DNA of 64,000 nucleotides from Hemiscyllium ocellatum (taxonomy: Eukaryota), in assembly GCF_020745735.1 (NCBI RefSeq), contig NC_083409.1, positions 47,822,048-47,886,047 of the forward strand, in the 5' to 3' direction. A model generated the notes under the pieces. The model had not been told where the DNA came from, ran no database searches, and saw only the letters and a list, made by a program, of their open reading frames with translations. Within the stretch, counting starts at the first letter, position 1, and the number at the start of each line of letters is the position of its first letter. Positions 34,200 to 44,606 of the stretch are shown in pieces. The position numbers were made by a program, and so were the translations under genes.

Positions 34200-34865
34200 T
34201 AAATTCTCCTCTCGTTCTTCTAAATCCCAATGAATACAGACCTCAACCTCTCCTCATAAGAAAATCCCTTGAGACCCAGAGTCAACCTAGTGCATCTTCT
34301 CTGAACTGCCTCCAATGCCAGTATATCTTTCCTTAGGTAATGGCACCAAAGCTGTCCACAGTATTTCAGGCGTGGTCTGCCTTGTACAGTTTTAGCAAGA
34401 TCTTCCTGCTTTTATATTCCATTCCCTTTGAAATAAAGCTTAACAGTCTATTTGCCTTCCTATTATCTGTTGAACTGGAATTTTGAGATTTGTGCACAAG
34501 GACCCACAAAACCTTCTGCGCTGCATCTTTCTGCAGTACTTAAATAGCCATTTAAAAATTACTTAGTTCTTCTATTCTTCCTGCTAAAAGTACATAACCT
34601 CATATTTCCACATCTTATATTCCATCTGCTGTTTTGTCCACTTACTTCACAAGTCCATATTCTTTTGTGGACTCTCTGTGTCATCCCCACCACTTTCCAT
34701 CTATCTTTGTGTCATCTACAAATTGTGTATTCACTTCTGTCATCCAAATCATTAACATACATTGTAAATAATTGTGGTTCCAGCACTGAGCCTTGTGATG
34801 CTCCACTAGTTGCCTTCCTGAATTTACCCCCTTTGTCCCAAGTCTCTGTTGTCTATTAGTTAGCC
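34200..34865 (-). mobile_element. Decayed CR1-type LINE fragment (continues at ~32905-33270)
   Basis: FVDDTKI RT motif remnant; 3' tail-like CCATAAGA at ~32910. Confidence 0.6.
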
Positions 34866-35290
34866 ACTGACACCGACAAGATGCTGCACCCACACCTGCC
34901 TCCTACCACACACACACACGTCACAGCATCCTAATTCGTGAAGAGATCACAATTCCTTAAAAGCTTCTGGCTTGAAACCTGGGACTCCTGTCCTAAAAGC
35001 ATGTGGACAGCAGCAGTTTAAAAAGGAAGTCAATGAAAGATCCGCAACAAATGCTGATCTTGCTAGCAATGCTCACATCCCTAAAACAAATACAAAAAAA
35101 AACCTTCTTTGATAACATGGTCTCATTCCCAACTTCATAACAGCACCGGTATAAGATTTTCGTTTGACAGCCAGCCCTCGATTCAGATTGCTGGTTGAAG
35201 CTACGTTCTGGGAATAGCGTTAAACAACCTTGTAGCAATGGAGGAGGCCACTTAATCTATTGTGTTTGTGCTGGCTCTTTGAAAGACTCA

Positions 35291-35484
35291 ACTAGAAGAA
35301 AGTGAGGACTGCAGATGCTGGAGATCAGAGTCGAAGAATGTAATGCTAGAAAAGCACAGCCAGTCAGGCAGCATCTGCGGAGCAGGAAAAGCTCCTGATG
35401 AAGAGCTCGTGCTCAAAACATCGACTCTCCTGCTCCTCAGATGCTGCCTGACTGGCTGTGCTTTTCCAGCACCACACTCTTCGA
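35291..35484. mobile_element. Penelope pseudo-LTR-derived fold-back unit with degenerate hammerhead (35394-35428, +)
   Basis: 16-bp TSD CTCTTTGAAAGA(C/A)TCA at 35275-35290 / 35485-35500; inverted arms; CTGATGA AGAGC TCGT GCTC AAAAC ATC. Confidence 0.75.
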
Positions 35485-36624
35485 CTCTTTGAAAGAATCA
35501 TCCAATTAGTCACAATTCTCGGCCTTTCCCTCATAGCCCCCACTTATTTTAAACACTGGCATCTAAAAGAGATTAATTTTCATCCCTTTGTCTGAACTAG
35601 TTGTACCTCAGTCTCAAGCATGAAACAAATGCATATAAAGGTGCACCATCCCCCAGATCCCTGCATGCTTTACATTACTGAGACATTGGGAGATACAATT
35701 GTAAAATGTCATACTTTCCATACTGAGAAAACCCATGAATGAAGTTGCGTTTCACAGCATTTTATTGCTATGACTGCATTGCCCTTCATCATCCCGGACT
35801 TCTGAATGTTGACAATTATGGGCTTTATCAGGTTTTCTTTAAATTATCAGCAGAGGGGGCTGTGGATACAGATTTTGCTGCAGCATTGCTACATGTTGAC
35901 TAATTAATTCACAGATCCTCCTTTTCCATTATAGTTTTAATTTAATATCCCAGTGATTTTAATGGTTCGTTTTGTGACTATTTAACTCACTACTCTGTTG
36001 ATGGAATTCCCTGAGGCCTGCAATAGTATTCATGGACCAGAGGAGAAATTAACAGGAGCAGATTGCACCGCCATAGCCAAAGTACTGAGGCAAACGAGAC
36101 TGCAGGTCTAGTGGTGGAGTGCAAGGTAGATATTCAGTCACTGTACATGAGAAACATGAATGTTTCAACCTGCATCAGACTTCTCATTCCTTTGCAGAAC
36201 ATGCTGAACCATACAATGCAGTAGTTTATTATGAGTCAGTGTGAAGCATCGAATTTAACTAAACCAGCCACTTCCTCATTAAAACCCTATACGTATTAAT
36301 ATAGAGTGTAGACAGTAAGTTTATATTATACATGCTGTTTTTAAATGTTGTTGTCTACAGTCATTAGGATGCACATTTCTATTAAATCTGGGACAAATAT
36401 ACAGCAATGATAATTGCTAATTGTACACATACATTCACACTATATTAAGTTGATTTTTAATTAAAAAAAATAAAAATCGAATTTGTTCATGCTTTTTTCT
36501 GTTACCAGATATATTATTTAATTAAAATTGTATCATAACTTTTTGTCACCATTTGTTACTATTTTTATGAGATATTGTTGCTAAAATGCATGATCCATGG
36601 TGTCAACAAGCACGGTTTTAATAA

Positions 36625-36760
36625 TAAAAACTGAAAGAACTGATAGTGCTGTAAATCAGAAACAAAATCAGAAATTGCTGGAAAAACTCAGCAGGTATGA
36701 GAGCATCTGTGGACAGAAGTAAGAATTAACATTTTAGGTCAAGTGGCCCTTCCTCAGAAC
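36625..36760 (-). mobile_element. Third-family Penelope pseudo-LTR-like short unit (degenerate)
   Basis: Minus strand GTT CTGAGGA AGGGCCACTTGACCT AAAATGTT AAT followed by ..CCTGCTGAGTTTTTCCAGCA..; a related decayed unit lies at ~52060-52145. Confidence 0.5.
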
Positions 36761-37356
36761 TCAGATTTACTCAATTGAAGCATGTTTACTTCATGATTAA
36801 AATATATTTAATCTTTAAATTTATTGAAAGGAATAATCATCATTTTAGTTTTATTTACAACCACAACCACAACCACAACACTTTTCCCAAAACAAATTTG
36901 AGTCATACTTGCATAAAGAAACTTTTCATCTCCTGCTGTTGCCTTGATTCCTGGTCAAACTCTTTCTCTCTCTCTGTCTCTCCAATTGTCCTCAATTCTG
37001 TCTTCTTGAAGTATTCCATCCTGGTTGTCACAACTGATGTTGCTGCTTTATTGTGGGATTGTATTCAATGCTGCAGGTGCAATTCCTGATTTATCATGTA
37101 GTGTGGAGTGAGGTTTCTGGAACAAAGTTCAGGTTGTGGTGAGCTAAGCAAAGCAACCCAAGGAACTAGCGAAATCAGTCAGCAGATTCAAAGATGACTG
37201 AAAATCTGAAAAACCTGACAACTCAAAAAACATCCTGAATATAGGGATCATGGCAGTGTTGCTGCATATCGAGTGCAGTAGTATAAGGCTTGTCATAGCT
37301 GACAATTTCAACAAAATAAGATCATGATTGACATGGTAATGATTTTCTCACATCTC

Positions 37357-40300
37357 AGAGTCAGAGAGTCATTAGAGATTACACCATGGAAACAGACCCT
37401 TTGGTCCAACTCGTCCATGCTGATCAGATATCTCTACCCAATCTGCCAGTACCCACCCAAATCCCTCCAAACCCTTCCTATTCATATACCCATTCAGATG
37501 CCTTTTAAATGTTGTATTGTACTAGCCTCCACACTTCCTCTGGCAGCTGAGTCCATACATGTACCACCATCTGTGTGAAAAGGTTGTCCCTTAGGTCTCT
37601 CTTATATCTTTCCCCTCTCACCCTAAACCTATGCCCTCTAATTCTGGACTCCCTCATCCCAGGGAAAAGACTTTGTCTATTTATCCTATCTATGTCCTTC
37701 ATGATTTTATAAACCTCTATAAGGTCACCCCTCAGCTTCCGATGCTCCAGGGAAAACAGCCCCAGCCTATACAACCTCTCCCTATAGCTCAAATCCTCCA
37801 ACCCTGGCAACATCCTTGTCAATCTTTCCTGAACCCTTTCAAGTTTCACAACATCGTTCCGATAGGAAGGAGACCAGATTTGCTCGCAATATTCCAAAAG
37901 TGGCCTGTACAACTGCAACATGACGTCCCAATTCCTGTACTCAATACTCTGACCAATAAAGGAAAACATACCAAATGCCTTCCTCACTATCCTATGACTG
38001 TACTTTCAAGGAGTTATGAACATGCACTCCAAGGTGTCTTTGTTCAGCAACACTCCCTAGGACCTTACCATTAAGTGTATAAATCCTGCTAAGATTTGCT
38101 TTCCCAAAATGCATTTCTCTAAATTAAACTCCATCTGCCACTTCTCAACCCATTGGCCCATCTGATCAAAATCCCGTTGTACTCTGAAGTAACCCTCTTC
38201 GCTGTCCACTACTCCTCCAATTTTGGTGTCATCTGCAAACTTACTAACTGTACCTCTTATGCTCACATCCAAATCATTTATATAAATGACAAAATATAGT
38301 GCACCCAGCACTGATCCTTGTGGCACACCACTGATGACAGGCCTCCAGTCTGAAAAACAACCCTCCACCACCACCCTCTGTCTTCTACCTTTCAGCCAGT
38401 TCTGTATCCAAATGGCTAGTTTTCCCTGTACTCCATGAGATCTAACCTTGCTAACCAGTCTCCCATGGGGAACCTTGTCAAATGCCTTTCTGAAGTCCAT
38501 GTAGATCACATCTACCGCTCTGCCCTCATCAATTCTCTTTGTTACTTCTTCAAAAAACTCAAATCAATTTGTGACACAAGATTTCCCACGCACCAAACCA
38601 TGTTGAGTATCCCTAATCAGTCCTTGCCTTTCCAAATACATGTACATCCTGTCCCACAGGATTTGGTCTAACAACTTGCCCACCACCGACGTCAGGCTCA
38701 CTGGTCTATAGTTCCCTGGCTAAGTCCTTACCACATTTCTTGAACAGTGGCAACACGTTAGCCAACCTCCAGTCTTCCGGCACCTCACCAGTGACTATTG
38801 ATGATACAAATACCTGAGCAAGAGGCCCAGCACACACTTCCGTTGCTTCCCACAGAGTTCAAGGGTACACCTGATCACGTCTTGGGAATTTATCCACTTT
38901 TATGCGTTTCAAGACATCCAGCACTTCCTTCTCTGTAATATGGACATTTTTCAAGTTCTCACCATCTATTTCCCTACATTCTACATCTTCCATGTCCTTT
39001 TCCACAGAAAATACTGATGCAAAATACTAATTTAATATCGCCCCCATTGCCACAAAGGCCACCTTGCTGATCTTTGAGAGGCTCTATTCTCTCCCTAGTT
39101 ACTCTTTTGTCCTTAATGTATTTGTAAAAACCCTTTGGATTCTCCTTAATTCTATTTGCCAAAGCTATCTCATGTCCACTTTTTGCCCTCCTGATTTCCC
39201 TCTTAAGTATACTCCTATTTCCTTTACTCGATCTATCCTGTCTATACCTTACATATGCTTCCTTCTTTTTCTTAACCGAACCCTCAATTTCTTTAGTCAT
39301 CCAGCATTCCTTACACCTACCAGCCTTTCCTTTCACCCTAACAGGAATATAATTTCGCTGGATTCTCTTTATCTCACTTCTGAAGGCTTCCCATTTTCCA
39401 GGCTTCCCTATACCTGCGAACATCTGCCCCATATCAGCTTTTGAAAGTTCTTGCCTAATACCATAAAAATTGGCCTTTCTCCAATTTAGAATTTCAACTT
39501 TTAGATCTGGTCTATCCTTTCCATCACTATTTTAAATCTAATAGAACTATAGTTGCTGGCCCCAAAGTGCTCCCCCACTAACAACTCAGTCACCTGCCCT
39601 GCCTTATTCCCCAAGAGTAGGTCAAGTTTTGCACCTGCTCTTGCAGGTACATCCACATACTGAATCAGAAAATTATCTTGTACACACTTAAGAAATTCCT
39701 CTCCATCTAAACCCTTAACACTATGGTAGTACCAGTCCATGTTTGGAAAGTTAAAATCCCCTACCATAACCACCCTATTATTTTTACAGATAGCTGAGAT
39801 CTCCTTATAAGTTTGTTTCTCAATTTCCCTCTATTAGGGGGTCTATAATACAATCTGAATAAGGTTATCATCCCTTTCTTATTTCTCAGTTCCACCCAAA
39901 TTACTTCCCTGGATGTATTTCCAGGAATATCCTCTCTCAGCACAGCTGTAATGCTATCCCTTATCAAAAATGCCACCATCCCACCTCCTCTCTTGCCTCC
40001 CTTTCTATTTCCTATCCTTTCTGTAGCATTTGTATCCTGGAACATTAAGCTGCCAGTCCTGCCCATTCCTGAGCCATGTTTCTGTAATTGCTATGATATC
40101 CCAGTTCCATGTTCCTAACCATGTCCTGAGTTCATCTGCATTTCCTGTTAGGCCCCTTGCATTGAAATAAATGCAGTTTAATTTATTAGTCCTACCTTGT
40201 CCCTGCCTGCCATGACTTGCTTCTGTTCTCAGCTGTGCCCGTCTCAGATTGATCTCTTTCTTCACTAACTCCCTGGGTCCCACCCCTCAACTTACTAGTT

Positions 40301-41550
40301 TAAATCCTCCCAAGCAGCTCCAGCAAATTTCCTTGCCAGTATATTAGTCCCCTTCCAATTAGGTGCAATCTATCCTTCTTGTATAGGTCACTTCTACCCC
40401 AAAAGAGATTCTAATGATTCAAAAATGTGAATCCTTCTCCCATGCACCAGCTCCTCAGCCATGCATTCATCTGCTCTATCCTCCTATTCCTGCCCTCATT
40501 AGCTCGTAGGACTGGGAGTAATCCAGATATTACTGTTCTCGAGGACCTCCTTTTTAAATTTCTGCCTAACTCTGTAATCTCCCTTCAGAATCTCAAACTT
40601 CTCCCTTCCTATATCGTTGGTTCCAATGTGAACAATGACCTCTTGCTGGCCCCTCTCCCCCGTGAGAACATTCTGCACCCTCTCTGAGGCATCCTTGGTC
40701 CTGGCACCAGGGAAACAGCACACCATTCTGCTTTTTCACTTCTGGCCACAGAAAAGTCTGTCTGTACCTCGACTAGAGAATACCCTAACACAATTGATCT
40801 CTTGGAACCCAATGTACCCCTTGTTGCATTAGAGCCAGTCTCAATACCAGAAACCAACTGTTTGTGCTACGTTGCCCTGAGAATCCAACACCTCCTACAT
40901 TTTCCAAAACAGCATACCTGTTTGAAATGGGTATATCCACAAAAGACTCCTGCACAAGCTGCCTACCTCTCTTACCTTTCCTGGAGTTAATCCATCTATG
41001 TGAGTGTATCTACGACTTTCCCCACTTCCTATAACTGCCATCCATCACATAATGTTGCTGTTGCAAATTCCTCATTGCTTCTCACTGTCCCTCAAACCGA
41101 TCCATTTGATCTGATAAGATTCGCAGCCAACAGCATTTATGGCAGATATAATCTGCAGTAACTCTTAAATTCTCTTTAAACTCCCACATTGACAAGAAGT
41201 ACATATCACTCTTAAAGTAAAAAGTGAAGTCTGCAGATGCTGGAGATCAGAGCTGAAAATGTGTTGCTGGTTAAAGCACATCAGGTCAGGCAGCATCCAA
41301 GGAACAGGAAATTCGGCGTTTCGGGCCAGAACGCTTCATCAGGAATGAAATCACTCTTAAAGGCCATTTTTGTTCCTTCACAATCTACAGACCCAGAAAT
41401 TAACCCCATCTTATTCCTCTACAAATACTGCCCCAGGTTAAATTAATAGTTATGGCTTTTATTTTAAGTTTAATCAAGAGACATATCACCAAAAACATTT
41501 AATCAAGAAAGACCCCACTCTACTCACTACTGCAGATTCTCTGTAGGCTG
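37357..41550 (-). mobile_element. Near full-length CR1/HER1-type LINE, inactivated by frameshifts
   Basis: ORF1 with CxxC..CxxC and SGNH-esterase motifs (VCCFPGAR, VIVHIGTND). ORF2 endonuclease (YFNARGL, IAITETWL, YYRPP, GDFNFP) and RT (YMDFRKAFDKVPH, GVPQGSVLG, KFADDTK), C-terminal RPLLEYC, short-repeat 3' tail at ~37357-37380. Confidence 0.9.
41218..41349 (-). mobile_element. Single hammerhead-bearing pseudo-LTR unit inserted into the start of CR1 ORF1
   Basis: 13-bp TSD ATCACTCTTAAAG at 41205-41217 / 41350-41362; same family as 478-610. Confidence 0.85.
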
Positions 41551-41950
41551 CACTTAAAACACAGGACACAAATTCCACTTAAAGACAGATAACCCGAATC
41601 CCACTTAAACACAGAAAGCTCGAACCTCAATCACAACCCACCCCCACCCTAGGGGACTCTAAACCATGCAGAGGACTCAAATGTCAATCACACCCCCATC
41701 CCCCAAAGCAGCGCAAAGAACTCAAACCTCTGCCTGCCAGTGGGCTGGAGAAACTGTGTCTTTTGACAGAACAAATTACTGTTCGAGGAATCTGTAGAAT
41801 AGAGAGCAATTGACTGAGGGGGCTGTCTCCGGCAGACAAGAATATTGAGAGGGACCAAGTTTTAAAATTTTACCTTGTGGGTCCATCTGTCTCGAGACAC
41901 TGATGTTCCGGATGGCCGCTGACACCGTCCGATTGTAACTATTTGCTTGG

Positions 41951-41968
41951 ATCTTGCCGACTATGCCA
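41951..41968 (-). other. Primer-binding site complementary to tRNA-Ser 3' end
   Basis: Minus strand TGGCATAGTCGGCAAGAT vs the complement of the tRNA-Ser end (recalled as TGGCGTAGTCGGCAGGAT), 16/18; lies 4 nt from the LTR end. Confidence 0.75.
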
Positions 41969-41972
41969 ATAT

Positions 41973-42496
41973 TGTCGTTCCATTCCCCCATCAGTCAAAA
42001 CAAAATGCTCAGAGACACAGTGTAGTTTTACCTCCTTCATCTTTATTCCAGATCCAGGAGGGAGAGAGAACATTTGCACAGAGACATGAGTTCTCGGTCT
42101 TCTCTGGAACAGCAGTTTCTCAATGAACTATATAGGGAGGAGCATCCAGATAAGGCAACATGCATATTAATTGGGTGACCATTACAATCAATGAGTATCA
42201 ATATCAGAAACCAAGCCCTTTACTGTTATACAATGAATATTCTTAACCTTGTTAACTGGATTCACATAATGAATACTTTCCCCCTTGTTAACTGACATTA
42301 CATACTGAATGCTATCTCATCTTGTTAAATGGCTCTACATAATGAATGCTTTTCCACCTTGTTAACCCATTACCCTTGCCTCCAGCACCCCATTGTTAAC
42401 AGTAAGTTCTTTTCTGATCTGAATCATGCTCAGTTTGACCTCTGTTTCATAAAACTCTGAACTGAACTCTTTCCCAAACTGCTTATACCCTATACA
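41973..42496 (-). mobile_element. 5' LTR of an endogenous retrovirus/LTR element, followed by PBS and leader (~41555-41950)
   Basis: TGT...ACA termini. On -: ~37-bp x3 U3 repeats (42249-42369), CCAAT (~42170), TATATA (~42129-42134), AATAAA (42042-42047), PBS, donor-like AAG|GTAAAA (~41873). Confidence 0.75.
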
Positions 42497-42834
42497 CATT
42501 CTCACCTTCACTACATAGACTGCAGCAGTTCAAGAAGGCAGCTCACCACTATCTTCCTCAGGAAAATTTGTGATGGTTATAATTGCCGGCTCAGCCAGTA
42601 ACATACACATCCCCTGAATAAATTTTACAAAATGAGATGTGGGAAGTGAGACATACAGAAATCGTTGAAAGAGATGGGACAGGTTGATGAGGTTGTTAAA
42701 AAAGTATCCGGGAACCTGGTTTTTATGGGAGCACAGGGCACAAGAGCAAGGATATGATACTGAACCTGCAGATAAATGTTCAGGTAGGCTCCAGCTAGAC
42801 TATCGTCTTCAGTTCTGTGCAGCAACATAAAAAC

Positions 42835-43345
42835 CTGGCTCAGTGGTTAGCACTGCTGCCTCACAGCACCGTGGACCCAAGTTCGATTCCAGCCTCAGTC
42901 TATATGAAGTTTGCACATTCTCCCCATGTCTGTCTGGGTACTCCAGTTTCCTCCCACAGTCCAAAGATGTGCAGATCAGATGGATTGGCAACACTAAATT
43001 GCCTGTAGTGTTAGGTGCATTAGTCAGAGGGAGATGGGACTGGGTGGGTTACTCTTCGGAGGGTCGGTGTGGACTTGTTGGGCTGAAGGGCCTGTTTCCA
43101 CACTGTAGGGAATCTAATCTAATCTAATCTTCTCCCTGTGTCTGTGTGGGTTTCCTCTGGGTGCTCTGCTTTCCTCCCACAGTCCAAAGATGTGCAGGTC
43201 AGGTGATTTGGCCATTGTAAATTGCCCATAATGTTAGGTGCATTAGTCAGAGGGAAATGAGTTTGGGAGGATTACTCTTTGAAGGGTTGGTGTGGACTTG
43301 TTGGGCTGAAGGGTCTGTTTCCACACTGTAGGGAATCTAATCTAA
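42835..43345 (+). mobile_element. Tandem pair of HE1-type V-SINEs (second copy 5'-truncated)
   Basis: The first copy ends in (AATCT)4 at ~43130; the second starts in the core and ends AATCTAATCTAA. Confidence 0.85.
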
Positions 43346-43596
43346 CCTTTCCTGAACCCTTGAAAGTTTCACAACATCTTTCTTAGCAACAGGTTGCAGA
43401 GATTTATTAGAATGGTAGCAGAGCTGGTGGGCAAGAGGAAAGGTTGGATGATTTGAGATTTTTTTGTTTCAAGGAAAGAAAACTAAAAGATAATTTTTTA
43501 AAAGGTGTTTGAAACGATTAAAGGTTTTGATAAATGAGAACAGATTGTTTCTACTGGTGAGATGGTTCAGAACCAAAGGACACAGATGTAGGTTTC

Positions 43597-43688
43597 TGAT
43601 CAGCTGAAAATGTGTTGCTGGTCAAAGCACAGCAGGCCAGGCAGCATCCCAGGAACAGAGAATTCGACGTTTCGAGCATAAGCCCTTC
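43597..43688 (-). mobile_element. Penelope pseudo-LTR-derived unit, truncated within the hammerhead core
   Basis: Nearly identical to 515-601. Confidence 0.8.
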
Positions 43689-44440
43689 TTTCAAGAGTTA
43701 GATTGTTAGATTTTTGGACATTTGAAGAAAATAAAGGAATAGGGCCAGAAAGCAGACTGGAGGTAGAATCTAGCCTGCTATCTTACTCAGGGGTTATGGT
43801 GTACTGATTTTTGTGCTCCCTGACAATATGGAACCACGGGAGAATTGAGGGGAGACAGTGTTGTTAGGCTGCCTCATGATATAGCAGGTTCTATATTAAC
43901 CTTCAAGAGAGACGTGGTTGTATATTTGGAAATGCACAGGACTGTAGGAAGGAACTGGGGCATTGGGATGAATTGGGGATGCATTTTGAAGAGTTAGCAC
44001 AGACGTGAAGGGCCAAGTGACCTTTTTCCAGGGGAGCGGGTTTCTTGATCAAACAGTCCAGAGTCTGACACTGTCTGCTCCATTCAGCAGCAACTTGTCC
44101 GGTTGGAAACCGAGTGGGAAAGTCCAACCAGTGACAATACCGCTCTCTGCTTTTATCTGGGGCGCCGTGGGATTGGCTGTATTTCATCCTATATCAAATA
44201 GTTTCTAAACTTAGTTCACTTAGCGTCTGCACTTTTGAGACACTGTGCGGTTCCTCTAATTTTAGAGTTGTGCTGTGTGTGAGGCGGTTGGGGTTTCGGT
44301 CATGACCAGGCTTGTTTTTTTTGCCTGGGAAGCAGGAACTGGGCGGCTCTGAGGGGAGGGAGCAGGTTGAGCTCCTCCCAGGCCTTTGGGAAAACCCTGA
44401 GGGGGGGAAGCAGAGCGGGAGCAGAGAGGCCGGAGCCGCG

Positions 44441-44606
44441 ATGCTGGAGATGGTCCCGGACCGAGAGTTTCTCTACAAGGATGGGAGGGACGGACTCTCC
44501 ATCCGCCGGCGCTGGAAGCTGCTGGCCGGCCTTTTCTTCGCCTTGCTGGTCGCTGCTTACCTCGCCCTGGTGGGATACTTCGCCGTTTATAGGAACTTCT
44601 TCCCAG
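44441..44606 (+). CDS. FAM151A: FAM151A coding exon 1 (cytoplasmic N-terminus + transmembrane anchor)
   Basis: GCCGCG ATG in a CpG island; MLEMVPDREF...RRRWKLLAGLFFALLVAAYLALVGYFAVYRNFFP; donor CAG|GTAGG, phase 1, joins exon 2 in frame. Confidence 0.75.

Noticed and set aside
41951-41968. tRNA-Ser gene or pseudogene
   Set aside because: Only the terminal 18 nt including CCA, adjacent to an LTR; it is a primer-binding site.
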